A stretch of DNA of 64,000 bases from Auanema rhodensis (taxonomy: Eukaryota; Animalia; Nematoda), in assembly GCA_964057225.1 (NCBI GenBank), contig OZ059896.1, positions 18,166,001-18,230,000 on the forward strand, written 5' to 3'. Below are positions 25,566 through 41,973 of this stretch, in pieces. The position numbers and the translations under genes were made by a program. The notes under the pieces were generated by a model that ran no database searches, was not told the origin of the DNA, and worked only from the letters and a program-made list of their open reading frames with translations. Each line of letters opens with the position of its first letter. Position 1 is the stretch's first letter.

Positions 25566-27434
25566 TTACATAAGCGATTCGTGCATGGTCTCCACATCGG
25601 TGCTATATCTGGCAAGACTGTTTTTCTTTTTGTTTACAATTTTCATAGATTTATGTTGAATGTAAAGAATCAGAAGCAGAGCTGCCACATATATAAACAA
25701 GGGCAGAACCAGGTAGTAAAATGGTGATGAGAGAAGAAAAAGATCTGAAGAAACAGCACGCCAATCTTGTAGTATGATCAGATAAGACTGAATGTCCGCG
25801 TATGATCCCACTATAGTCTGAAATCCAACCATTCTTTATTATTATTTATATTGCAACTTTGAGTAAAATGGAAATGTCTAATAATTTACTAGAAACAGTA
25901 AAACTGATTATATAACTATAATAAACTAGATACCTATATAAAATACAAAACAAAGAGAAAGAAGATCGAAAACAAACCTGTGTGATCATAAAAGGAAAAA
26001 CAAGAACAGCATTATTCCGATAATTTCCCAGTAAAGCGCAGAAACACGGCACCAGCTGAAAATTTCAAAACTTTGTATCAATTGCATCAATATATTTACA
26101 ACAAAATGAGACTAAATAAGCGTATTGGAGCGGTGGAGTTTTGTATTTTTCAATTTTATAACTATAATACCAGTAGGTAACAAACCTGAATCATCCTACA
26201 TGCTGCAAGGAACAACATTTGAATATTACTGTACCACAGTTCATCTCTTGTTGAAAATATGAGGCCTGCAAAGAAAATAAAGAAAATTTCTCGGTTATTT
26301 TCACACAAGCAAATTTATTTCACATTTCGTGGAATGTGAGATGTGCTGGATCCTAGTCGACACAGCAGTGTCGGATGAACGTTATGAAACTGCCGTCCTG
26401 CCCCGTGAACAAGAAAAGCAGAGTGAAAAAGAATGTGGGGGAGAGCTAAGAGCTAATAGAAATAGATCAGGTGTCAAGCCATATGTTGGTTGCAATGAAC
26501 TTAGTTATGTTCTACTTCGAACAAATTGCATTCACTTGAAGTATAAAGTTCAAAACAACATTATTTAGGCCCAGTTTGTATATTATAAAAGAAAAATCAT
26601 AAGTCTTAATCTAAACATGGAATCACACCACTATTCTGAATGAAATGTATCCAATTTACAAGATAATTCCATTTGATAATTTATATATTTGTCAAATGAA
26701 CGCTTTATGCCTCATTGTTTACATGTCTAGACGTGTGGGGGTAAAAGGTTAATGACTAAAGGTGAAGCTAATGTTGGCTCAGCACGCATCATGCGCACAT
26801 TTGAGTAAATTTTTGGCTGATGAGACTGGGGGATGAGGCTTAGTTCAACAATTTAACCAAATAAAGCTAAGCGGAAGCACGTGGTTCATTGCAATCTGAC
26901 ACATCTCAGAAATATCTCCCGAACAATAAACTAAATTCGGTCCTCTTATTTATACGTTTCCCACATTAAACAAAGTAAAATTCGAATCAGTCATGCTTGT
27001 TCTAGAACTTACCACATGTTATTTCTTGAATCAGAGCTATAATTATCATGTTTGATAATGATTTAGCAGAAATGCCTCCACGACAAAAACGATATTCCGA
27101 CAAGTCATCTTTCAAAGAATCAGTCTGTAATTTTTATTATTATTATTATTACCATTTATCGCATGCCACAAATAAATGTGAAAAAGTTTTAACCTGGTGG
27201 CAATCATCACGAGATGTTGAAGCCGTACATGAGCAATCCTTTTCTGATGCACATGATCCCTAAAAAATTAAAAATTAAAATGTGGCGAATAAACAACAAA
27301 AACGTGATAATGAGAAAAAATATTTAAAAAAATAAATAAGCTCAAGATTAGGAAATGTAATTACGTACCTTTGGTCGTATATACCAGTGGAATCGACGAG
27401 GTTTATAGGTTTGCTCAATATCAACTTTATCCAT
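25566..27434 (-). CDS. Uncharacterised four-TM membrane protein
   Basis: Six in-frame exons starting MDKVDIEQTYKPRRFHWYIRPK, with four hydrophobic segments. The 3' end is uncertain because the stop overlaps a GTAAGT donor. Confidence 0.7.
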
Positions 27435-30400
27435 GAAGAAGAACAGAACAGAACAATCAACAATCAGAAGGTTATCAGGCTATATCAATATAAATAGAAA
27501 CCCAGATAGCTATTAGAATCCAGATACTATGACTGAAATATTGAATGTTAATGTGCTTGACGTTTTAAAAAAGTAAAAATAGAAAGAAGAGGACCACAAA
27601 AATATATATTCTGAATGAATGTAAAAAACAACATAAGAAACATAAAGTAAATTGATTATGAAGAACAAATAAACGAGAGAACCGTCCAACTAACTGCATT
27701 GCTTCAAATGCGATTGCTGATTGGTCAGGAATAAGAGTTAACAATCTACATTGTAAACTTGTTACTCATTGTGGGACAGCAACATGACAAGAAAAAGAAG
27801 TAAAACGATTCGGTCATGCTTTTCAACGACATGAATAATAGAACCTTGTTGAGTAGCAATTCATTACTCTTAGTCGGAAAGGAAACTTCTATCTCTCACT
27901 CTCTTTCACTACATCTTGTGATAAGCAAAAAAATAAGATTTACTGGTGATTGATGTTCACTTTAGTTAATCAGCTCAATTATTCATTAAAAATATTTCTA
28001 TTTTAATAAAAAGTTTATAATCAAAGTCATTTTCAACTGAGGGATGGTCAGAAAGCAAAGACAATTTGTTTATTTTGATTGTGTTGATACGTTATATAAA
28101 TTCGAGAGTTAGATGGATAGATAAAGACAGCGTACAACCGGAAACTAGTTGATTAGATAACTAGGCAAGATGTCTTTGCAGAAAACATACGATAACTAAA
28201 AACGAAAAGACAATAGTTCTTCATAGATGAATGAGGTAACGGTTCAAAAAGAAAGAACAAATCTATTACATGAAGGAAATTAAAACTTCGAAAGAAAACA
28301 AGTATATAAACTTTGAGAAGTTGAATGACAACAATCCCTCAAAGACATGGAAATGATAAAATAAAAAGCTTGTCAATCGGAAACATAAGATGGAAAATTA
28401 AAAAAAAAACTGCTAGATTCCAAAACAGGCAAGTTTTTGCAGTCTTTTTTCAATCAATCTGTAAGCTTTAAGGAGATGGCGCAGGTGTTAGGCTATATAT
28501 AACGCTGTTCGGACCTTTAATCTTCAAAAACTCAACTTGAGCCGAGACATATTCAAAGCATCACGTGTTCGATTGCACTGAAAAGAGAAAGAGGAAATAT
28601 GGAAAAGTGGAAGACGTGTAAACAAAGAGAGAGCAAAGACCTGCTGATGAGAATGATTTCGTGCAAAAACTGCGAGGGGGTGGCGGCTAGAGGAAGAGTG
28701 CTCAATAGAAATAGAGAAAAAGGATTAAAGCAAAGGTTATATCATTTTGTTGAAACAGGTGCAATGAGAGTGAAAAAAAGTGTTTCCTAGACTACATGTG
28801 TGAATAGAAAAATAGCACTAATCATAAGGTTTAAATCAAGAAATGATGTATTCAGATCGGGCAGGAAGATTTATCATGCAGCACGGGCGGAAATTGATAG
28901 CTATGCAGGAACACTGTATAATGATAAAAAACAATTATAAAAAAGAGATTTTGCACTTAGGTATTTGCAAAAAATGCATCAATGGAATGAGGAAACAAAA
29001 CAAGAATTGATATTTTAATTACAAAAGTAAAACTTGAATAATATCAATGTGCAGCGAAGAACAGAAAAATAATTCAAAAAATTACGAATAAAAAATTATT
29101 GTCTTGAGTGTTGGTTGGAGATTTTTCGAATATGACAAATCATAGTTAGCTGAATAACAACATGCACCAATAATATGAGCAGGGCGTGGAGGCAAATTAC
29201 TGATTTTTTAATCCGTATTGGAATAAGCACCCGCGAACAACACAATTTAAACTCAGTACTGTGTTAAAAGCTGGTAAAATTTCGATAAAAATACTCTGTC
29301 AACTATTTTTGGAAAACAAAAAAGATAATAGTTAGAAAAATTCAGTAGTGTTTAACGTTTACAAGCGTATACATTAAGTACTAAAGGCGGAGAACACTTA
29401 ATCAAGTGCTTTCTGGAAAGGATTATCAAAATGCTTGAACATTGAAGTGATTAAATTTGAAAATCATGAAGAGTTGGTTTTTGAAAAACCATTTCAACGA
29501 TCAATTAGAAAGAATCATGGCAGAAACAAGCAGATCACGATAACAATGGGATAGATTGTATGCATATAAGTATATAAATGCAGAGAAGAGCTAGTAATAA
29601 GATTGTTTTAGTGCAGAAAATTCTCAAACAGTTATAAATAGATTCAAATATTTTCAAAAATACATTCAAAGCTAACATAAGAAGTGTTCCAAACAAAAGA
29701 GAAAGGTAAACTAAAAGAGCCGTAAATGCAACCGGTATCACAAATACTTATTGCTCTAAATGATAAGTTAGCGTGAGAGTAAAAATGTAATTGAAAATGA
29801 AATCCGTGAAAAGCAGACGTGAATATGCAAATGACATATTCTATATGCTAATCACTTTAATAAGAAAAACACGTCTTGAATATTTGAAATTTTTACGTGA
29901 AACACAAATTCAAATTTTCACGTTGCTCTCTTCAGTTGTCAATAGAGGAATGAAAAAAGGGAGAGAGAACGACGATGAATGAGAAACAGAGTAAGAGAAC
30001 GAGAAAGTGCGTAATAGTTAGAGAGATGCGAGGTGCAGCAAAGACGGAAGGCCGTTGCATGCATTCCAGAAGCATGCGACGTGTGTTTATCATGAAACTT
30101 GGTAAAACAATAAAATCTGAAGCTTTTAACGAACAACGATCACATAACTATCATTACAGCAACACCCGAATCTTCAAAGAGAACGAAAGATAACTTATTA
30201 CGAAAACAATGAATAAATATATTGCTTTGTACTTGGCATTCTATACTTCCCATTCAAATACAATGTTTTCGTCGAAAATTAAACGTATCTAGAGAAATAG
30301 AATAAGCAGTCCAGTACTGGGTAGCCACACCAGTCCCCCGATATTGGGGCTATATCTAAAGACAGCTGAAACCAAGAGCAGTTAGCTTACTAGCTGGTTA

Positions 30401-33400
30401 TCTAGCATTTTCCTTCTCACCCCTTTATTTCGATTTCCATCCTTTTCATTCTTTTTTTTACTTTCATTTTTTCTAGTACTACCTCTTTTCTTTCACCAAT
30501 ATCTTCTTTTACCACACTCTCTCATGACTCTACTTTCTTTATAACAATCTCTCTATGCCTCTTCCAATCGTTCACTCACCCCCTCATCTCTCATTCTCTC
30601 TATTTCTCTGTCGTAATCTACATTTTCACTAATGCTCTCTTTTCAGTCTTTCATTTTCCACAAAGAGGCGGTGCTAGAACTCTGAGCTTTTTGAAATGAA
30701 AATGGTGTCTAAGGGCACAACGTTAAATGATGTAACTTGAACAAGAAGATGGCTATGACATGCTTATTGAGCGCTTAACACTTTAAGGCAAAGCTTAGTA
30801 ACAAATGTTTAATGTAAAATAGCGAAAAAGAAGAGAAATTTAAAAACGAGAAGTTGCAGGTAACGAGGATCGAATGAACAGACATCGAGAAACCTTTTTT
30901 TCATCATCCCAATAGATACACAAAACTTGCAAGAGAAGATGTTACGAGCAAAATGAGAAGTTAGATAAGAAGGGAATTAAAAAAAAGGAAGCGAGCAGTT
31001 TGGAATTGAAGAGGTCAGAGAAATATGAAAGAAATTGACAAAACTGAAAAACGAGTGAAACACGACATCAGGCATTCAATGGCCGAAATATGAAAAGCTC
31101 AAGGGTAGAAGACCAAATAGAATTTCAATAAAAAAACCGCTTGAAATTCAACTTGACACCAAGGAGAGCAGTGTTAGAGAATACTGCAAGCTTCAGGAAA
31201 AGCAACTATGCAAACGAAGGAACAGTTGTTTCTTGTGTTCCTTCACACTTTTGCTTCCTTTTTCTTTCAGAATTAAGCACAACCACGTGAGTTGGGCTCG
31301 AACAACATCCTCTTATATATGCATATAGCAACACAGCATAATCGCCTTGAAAGTATTGAAAGAAGGGATAAAGAGATTGAATTCGTAGGGCGAATTGAAA
31401 AGGCTTCCGTCAACCGTTCCAATACGATCAAAGATTGAGCCATGTCAAAAATGAATAACAAAGACAGGAAGATGATGTTGAAGTCCACGTAATGAATGGT
31501 CACAATCTACTGAAATGTAATGACACTATCCTGCTATTGTGAACGTCTACGTAGGAGGCCAAGACATTTTGAGATATAGAGAGAGCGAGAAAGAGAAAAA
31601 GAAAGTCTCAAAGAGAAAGCAGATATTCGAGAATAAAACAATTGACAGTGAGGAATAGATATTATTCTTATAACACAGAAAAATGGACAATACGAATGGC
31701 ATTTTATGAATACAACAAACAAGTTGGAGGAAATTTGTGGCCAATCCAAATATACAGGAGAGATAGGACACACGATTTTCGAACTTTGCCTTCGAATTAA
31801 AGATGCAGCCTAGACATCGTATTACTTTCGACAATAGGTCTTGAATGGAGGAACGAAGATTCTTTCTCTCAGCTGTTCGAAAGAAAATTTTTTCAAAAAA
31901 AACGGAAATTCTGCTCGAATAGAGGAAAATGAGTATATGAAGAGGGAAAGCAAAAAAAGTCAAAGGATGCAAATGGCAAGACAATATTGAATGACGAATT
32001 CGAGGATTTGGGAAGCATATTTTCCTAATTATGAGTTGAAAAGAAAAAAATGTTGTAGCTTTCACAAGATACAACAAATAGTTTTCGTTATCTCGAGCCG
32101 CTTGCTGAGCATTGAAACTTGTTCTGGCAACAGATCGTCGGTATGGCTTCATAGCTTGTAGAAGCTTCCAGAAATTCTCGGATTGAATGAAGATGGTTTA
32201 TGTTTATGAAGCATTTTGGCAAGGAAGAATACATATATAAATTGTAATGATTATACAGAGATAAATATCTTAAAGAAAATATAAAAACTCAAAACATTAT
32301 GAATATTCGAAGAGAAACAACAAAAGATCTATCGACATATTGTCTTCCACTCCTTTTTTTCTTGCTCCCTCTTCTCTGTCATCTTTCCTCTGTCAATCTC
32401 AATCTCTTCTGAATCAATACATTTTTTTCTCAAGTAACATGGATAGATTTGGATGAAAGAAGAAATATATAAAAAAAGAGAGTGCAGAGAGAGAAAGATG
32501 CTAAATGATTGAGATTACGAATAGAAAATAGTTTCTAGAATATATAGATGAAGAGAGAAAGAGAGAGATAGAGAGAGGGGGAGAGAGAGTGAATGAAATA
32601 ATGAATAGTTCAAAAAAACTAAAAGAATGAAAGTTCAATGAAAGAATATAAAAGCTAAATAAGAGATAAAATATAATATTTAGAACAATAAGTTGATGTT
32701 AAAAATGAAGATGTTATGACTATATTCATTGAAGGTCTTTGATCATTAATCATCCGATGAGCAAGGTACAACGTTACAAATATAACTTTATAGACAATAA
32801 AAAAACTTTTAATATAGCTTAGTTTTGTTAAAAATTAATAATATTTATCAAAAAAATATTTTCTTTCTTTCATTTCTTCTTTATACTTTGTGAGAACTCT
32901 ACTTATTTCATTGAACAAAACATAATTAGAATTTGATGTTTCGATAAAATAATTTCTAATATTAAACTGCAAAATTCTCAAAATCTTTGTTTTAAAAACA
33001 AAAATGAAAGCATGTTTGAAGATAAAAAGCAGGACAAAGAGACTGTTGGTAGAAAGTACATGAAGGTTAGGTTGGCTGGAATATCACTATTGTGATGAGA
33101 AAGTTCAAAATATTGGATTGAGTGAGAAGGATAGTTCATGAGTCGTCTGTTTTATAAAAAACAAAGACAACTAAAAGAAAATAAATGTACAATACATTGA
33201 TCATCTAAAAGGCTTTGTTGTTGCACTTCGATCTGTACAGAACGGTGCAAAATGAATTTGCAAGCATGTAAGTACTATTCGAAATAGAAAGGGAGAGAAA
33301 GATTTCGAGGTTGATTATGAAAATATTATAGTTTGGAAAATAATTAAGAAGTGACGTTAGATAACAATACTCCAATATTGAAATAAGGGGAAAGGAGTTG

Positions 33401-34211
33401 GATAACCAGAAAAGACAGAGATAGTCGCCAGTGAAGACTTTCATTGCCTATCTGACTTCCAAATTGACTCGGGCATTTCCAATAAAAAGATTTGCTCTTT
33501 GTGACGAGACCTTTTTCGAAAAATTTGGATGTCGCAGCTATAGTCTGAAGCCAAAAATAGATGTATGCGAAAACTTGTATATCTAGAAAAAAAAAATATT
33601 CTTAAATAAAAAATAAAAGGAGATGAAAACGGCAAAATATAGTATAAAGCAAAAAGACTTGCAGTGCATATCGTATGATGACGTTTTCTCGGCTACTTTC
33701 AAAAGTCTGCTTGAAAAATAGAAAATACGCCAAATTATATATATCTAAGTGTTCTTTGTTATAGAAATTGATAATTTTATTACTTTTACAACGTTTTTGA
33801 TGTATATATATTTAAAAAGTATTACATTTCTATTAGGGAGAGGTTATGTGAGGGTGGAAAGATGCAGATGTTAAATCATATCCAAGAATTTGATACAATT
33901 GAAAAAAATTGTAAGGAACATTTGTAAAAATAATCAGAAAATGATTTCTGCAGAATTTTTGTAATAGAAATACGAATATACTGGACATTCAAAGGGAACC
34001 TGATTAGAAAGAAGGAAGCATGTGATTAATAGTAATGGTGGAAATGAAAAAAATGTGAATCCAAAAAATAGGACTTCAGATAATCTTCTTAAACAAGTTA
34101 TTGAATATTTTGGTTTAGTCAAGATAAACTAATAAAAACATGATAATAAATGCAAAGATTGTGATATTGAATTGAAACGATAAGCAAATAATTCTAAAAA
34201 AACAATATAGT

Positions 34212-34213
<2 letters not shown>

Positions 34214-34297
<84 letters not shown>
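34214..34297. repeat. (GA)n microsatellite
   Basis: Long GA dinucleotide run with one interruption. Confidence 0.95.
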
Positions 34298-34298
<1 letters not shown>

Positions 34299-35321
34299 AG
34301 ATATAAAAGATATAAAAGAGAAAAAGAAAGTAAATAACAATTATATAAGATGTTTTTTCTTGCTTATCCTTCATCCAAGTTTGTGTGAACGCTTTACCAT
34401 CTACTCTTTTTATATTATACACATAACTATATTAATTATTGGAAATCATGAATGAATATGAAGATATTATAGTTTTAATACAAAAGCAACTTGTCATATA
34501 AACATTCGGGTAATTGCTTCTTGAAATTCTTGAAATGTTTACAACTTTACCAAAGTTTTTGTCGAGAAATTAATAAATGTTGAAACATAAATGTTTATCG
34601 GAAACAACCGTTCAATTCTTAATTAGAGATAGAAATGAAAATATTTCGTTGACAAATTGTCGATGTATGTACATATGTATATGTATGTAAAAGAAAGAAA
34701 TCTGAAAAGGGTATCAGAAGAATCGATGATCTTTATTCCAATTGTTCTTAGATTAAAAGTAATTTTTATTATTAAATAATTATAATTATTATAATTTTTC
34801 ATTATATTATTATTATCATTATGTATATATTAGATTTATACATTTTATATTAATCTTTAGGGACGAAATTATTATTTTGTTTTTAAAAATTCTAGAACAC
34901 ATGATCTCAGAAGATAACTCGCTTTTCAATATTGAAGATTGGAAATGTATAGTTTTATCTGTTATTAAGATATTTTAAATGAAACTCTGATACTTTAAAC
35001 TCATTTTCTAACAAATATTGATGGATAAGTTACATACATATCTTCTCCGTCATCTATATAATGACGTAATTTTTAAAATTAAAATATTCAAAATTTTAGT
35101 GATTTCTAGTGTTTATCTCGTATTTAAGTTTATTATAAATTGAATTCGTATATGTTCTTTCTAATTATAAATAATTTTTCAAAATTTCTTTCTTATCACT
35201 TTTATATATGCGCTATAGTATAGATAATATGACAAAATTTCAATAATTGCTCGAATTTTCATGAAATGATTTTTCTGATTTTCAGATTCTGGAGCAAGTT
35301 CAAGAAAATAACGGTTTTGAT

Positions 35322-35509
35322 ATGCGTGTTATCACGCTTATCGTTATACTTATTTCAATTTGCTTGGCAATATTTTCTTATCCATTATCAGAAGAATTAT
35401 CTGAACCTATTATTTTAGAATTAGAGCCAAATTATAAAGGTAAAGAACAATCATATAGTCAAAATTAAATTTCAAAATATTTTTTTCAGAATTTGAATTT
35501 TTCCCCTGA
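35322..35509 (+). CDS. 45-aa small secreted peptide
   Basis: Upstream TTTCAG acceptor; two exons give MRVITLIVILISICLAIFSYPLSEELSEPIILELEPNYKEFEFFP*; AATAAA downstream. Confidence 0.65.
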
Positions 35510-37285
35510 GATCTACATCATCTTGTTTCTACCCGTAACTTTATTTAATAGTTCAAATGAATGAAGGTCCCCCATTATATTGAATCATTTGTTCAAATCA
35601 TAAATTAGGACAATATTGAATAAAGTTTAAAAGCAAATGTTTAAATTAATTTTCAAACACATACATTAATGTATAAAACTATAGTTTAAAACTTTTTTTT
35701 CTTGCACAAATTGAACTATGAATAAACTTTATGAATTGTTTTTAAAGTTTAACTTATGATAATCTAATTAAAGGGACATTTTCTACTATATTATCTGAAA
35801 CAATTTCTATTTTTAAATTCTTTCCCTTATATTGAAATGTGAGGCATGGATCATGGTACTTATTTTGTATATGTATATTTGGACAAAGAAAATAATTAAT
35901 GGATAAAGAAATTGCTAAATAAGCTATGTTCTTTTCATTTTGCTTTGAATTAATATTCTTGTTCTTATATTTATTTTTCATCCCAGACTGTTACATCACT
36001 AAATCATACCAGTGTTAAGCTAAGGGATTACTTCTGCAGCCATTTGGGCTCCACTTGGTTTGTATCAAGGGTAAGCATACATGCGTATACATATGTTTGA
36101 AAAAGATAAATGACTTAAAAGACTAGACAGTGACCGTCTTTAGAATTCTTTATATTCTATATTTAAACGTTTCTTTGATGCTTTTTAGTTCAAATCAAGC
36201 AGGAAACTTTGATTGAAAGCAAGAACAATTGGTTGGATGAAGTAGCAAGTTGAAAGATGTTCCCCGAGCACAATACAACTCAGACAAAGAGCTGGTGTGT
36301 TCTCCGCCCTAATAATAGTCTTACCATGACCATATACTTCCAACCCTCAAGGATTCTTTTATTCTTCCTCTAAAGTCCATTTAAAAACTTTGCTTTATTC
36401 ATCTTTTTCTACTTTCTCTTCTTCACAATCAACTATTTAGTCTGTTTCCAACATTAGTTCATCAGAAGTTTATCTTGATGAGGTGCTTCTCATAAAAAAA
36501 TTTATGCTTAACTACCTTCTTCCTTCAAAACTTGTTAGAAAGATTATGGTCATTTTTAACAAAATGGCTGAAAAAACGGCAAAATAGCATAATCAGTATT
36601 TCCTTTTAATCTTTTAAGGAACCCTCTCCATTTTCAACTTTTTTTTTTGAAATATTTCATTTTTAGTCCGCCTTATTTTCTTATTATGCTCCACCTCCTT
36701 TCACATTTTGTATCTAAAGCCATTTTTTTCTTTTGTAAATTTGCAAACATACTTGTTTCTCTCCATTTTTGTTTTGTTTTTATCCTTGTATGCTTACTTA
36801 CGATTTGTCAGCTAGTTTTTTTCAAGTCATGGAGCAAGGGTGTGTCTTTTCCGCATGCCGAATCCTTTTCCTTTTTTTGGTTTGATATGATATTTTCAGC
36901 TTCAAAGAGCAGAAATTCCTCTCTTCTCCTTAGAGTAACCTCATGTATCCTATCTTTTCTTTAAGCGCATTCTTTGGGAAGATTTTGTATTCGCCTTCGG
37001 CATATTGTTGTATCCCAAGCTCTATCCCAACTAACTTACTTAATGATATTTTCTTTCAAATATGTCTAGAATAAATAGTTTCATTGCTTGTAAAAACAAA
37101 ATCATATTCTGAAGGCTAGCTTTATACAATAAAGTTGTCGAAATTCACGTTTGCTCCTAACTAACTTCCGTTCTATCCTCCTTCCCACAACTTTTTCTTT
37201 TAGGTTTTATCGTTTTTCTACTGAGATATTACTTCAAAATATTTTCATTATCATCTATATCCTAGAAACTTATTTTGTGTTTAAG

Positions 37286-37549
37286 ATGAAGAATTTATCA
37301 TTTATTCTCTTGTTATCTGCTATCCTTGTGGCAACTTTGGTATCATCAACAGAACAAGATGATTTCAATCAAGTATACGGAAAGGTAATTGCTTAAGCCT
37401 AAAACATTAGCTCAACTTCTATTTTTCAGATGTTTGGAATGGAGAAACGCTATCGTCATCCTTTCATGATGCTGAACCAATACAGACCATTACCTAAAAC
37501 CAAGCGTAATAGTCTTCTTGAAGACTTGTACAACATAAGATATTTTTAG
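37286..37549 (+). CDS. Neuropeptide-like (NLP) precursor
   Basis: Signal peptide and two KR sites releasing YRHPFMMLNQYRPLPKT and NSLLEDLYNIRYF; one GT-AG intron. Confidence 0.8.
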
Positions 37550-38250
37550 TTTTTTAATCACTAATTCGCTAATGTTTCTTTCCTTTAATATGATCTCTTC
37601 AATTATATACGCTTTTTATATAACAGCTTATAAAACCAGTTAATTGTGAAAATAAATATTGAAAATAGAAATGAACAAATACTTTGATTGATACAATACG
37701 CAAAACCAATAACATTGTAAGTCCGTTAGAAAAATTTAAAATATCCAGGGTAATGCTATTTTTTATTTTAAATCTACGTTGTTGATTTTATCTTCGTATT
37801 TTTCATTGGAATTAAAAATAAATGACCTGCTAAATGAAGAAAAAATGATGTAGGGCTAACTTTCTATTACAATAACATTCAGGATATAGTATACCGGAAA
37901 TAAAAACTTTTTATAAAATGAGTTGTTTATGTTTATTAAACATAGCATGTATATCAGAAATGGCGCGAAATTGGCAAATCTTTGTGACCCTCTCCACGCC
38001 TACTCATACTGAGATAATAATGATTAGACATAAAAGCACATTGTTTTTTCCATATTGTTTTGCCAAAGTTTACAATTTTTTGTTTAGAAAGAATTTTATT
38101 TATTTTCATTCATGAAAACTACTATTTGTTTATATACCTTAAGTTTATAAATGATTAATTCTGTTTCATTTTTTGTATTCACTATCTGTTTTTATAGCCA
38201 ATATTCTTTTGTCCATTTTTAACATAATTAATTCATTTTATGTTCAGAAA

Positions 38251-38777
38251 ATGAAAGCTTTCCTCATTCCCTTTTATTGCTTCGCGATTTGCCTAACATT
38301 TGGCATAGTCGATATTCCGGTCAAAAATGACAAATCAGTTATGATTGAAGTTAGTTTACTAAAGATTTCATTTATTTCATGAACCTAAATTTGTTACTTT
38401 ATTTGTTTAGACGAATAAAATCGGTTTTCGTAATGAGACAGCTTCTCAAGGAACCGCTACTTGCCCCGACAGGGACCTGGCACGTTTCCTCAATACTGCT
38501 CTGGTTAATTATATTCATGACATGGATGGATTAAGCCGTTACGTACTAAATCAAGTGAAAACAAATAAAAATAATATTTTTCTGAACCTTTACTTTAAAG
38601 ATAGTTTCATCTCGCAAGCCCGGCAAGTGGTTGGTACATGCTCAAGTCCTCAGTGGTACACGTCAGGGAAGAGATTGGCAGACTTCAACCAATTCTGATA
38701 TATTTTCTCAAAAAGATCAATATGCTTGTTTCTATCACGATAATTTTACTTATGTGCTTGTATTGCGTGTTTATTGA
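38251..38777 (+). CDS. Secreted ground-like (hedgehog-related) domain protein
   Basis: Signal peptide; three exons; CPDRDLARFLNTAL...KWLVHAQ...ACFYHDNFTYVLVLRVY fits the ground-like pattern. Confidence 0.65.
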
Positions 38778-39550
38778 ACATGATAAAATCATGAAATTAT
38801 TCAAAAATAAATTGTATATATAGTCCTGTGCGAAATAGTTGGGACACTCACTTGAATCCCTTATACCTTATCAGACAAACTACAAAAAATCAGAAAAAAT
38901 ATATTTTGAGTGTTAAAACACCATAATGAATTCAGAAAAAATCTTAAAAATTTTAAAAATCATGTTTAAAAGTAATTTCTGAAGTCTCCGAAATTTTCAT
39001 AAACTACTTGAAGTATTCTTTCTTGAATTTCAGAAGTTTCATCAAGACTTCAGAAATAATTTTTTGATAGAATGTTAGGAGTACACTAAACGTCTATTTT
39101 TCTTTTAAACGGGAGAATTTGGTTGTATGTTAACCAAGTTTTCTTCATAGATATTCAGTAAGATTCAGATGCTGAAGCTTACTTGTTTGAAGCTATGCCA
39201 TAGGAAAAACTTAGTTATTGATGGAGCTTTGTGCTCAGAATCATTTAAAAATATTTTTAATGAATTAATATGTTCCTAATCTCAAATTTTGTTATATTAA
39301 GATGAATTATTCAAAATAGTCAAAAAACACTAAATTTCCTTATAAATTTAGAAATATTATTGAAATCAGTTTTAATTATATTAACATATATTTTGACTGA
39401 ATATAAACTAGGCACTTCGCACAGGACTGTACATACACACAACCGTCTTAAAAGTCTTGAAGGGATTATTCTTCCGTGAGGTCCGGTGTTTGAAAACAAT
39501 ATATAAATCTTTTGTTGTGTTGTTATTCAGGCCAGATATTTAGATTCACG

Positions 39551-41827
<2,277 letters not shown>

Positions 41828-41973
41828 ATGTTATAATATGAATTAAAGTTATTTCTATTACTCTGAAGTTAGAATTCTGGGAATTGCGAAAAAAAAGTCA
41901 TCTGTAACGAAAAAACCAATATATACTATCGACATAACAAAATAACAGGCACTACGACACGCAAGAAAAATGA

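Noticed and set aside
26318-26380. miR-1-like TGGAATGT in a short hairpin
   Set aside because: The stem is only about 12 bp with a minimal loop, which is not pre-miRNA geometry.
31547-32152. 201-aa minus-strand ORF
   Set aside because: F/L/S/I-rich composition typical of antisense A-rich non-coding DNA, with no motifs or splice support.
17144-37401. Isolated TTAGGC/GCCTAA words as a telomerase template or DNA-elimination site
   Set aside because: Single hexamers only; no array, full template or recognisable palindrome.
15272-38168. piRNA Ruby motif CTGTTTCA, about six copies seen
   Set aside because: Too sparse for a cluster in AT-rich DNA, and some copies fall inside exons or introns.
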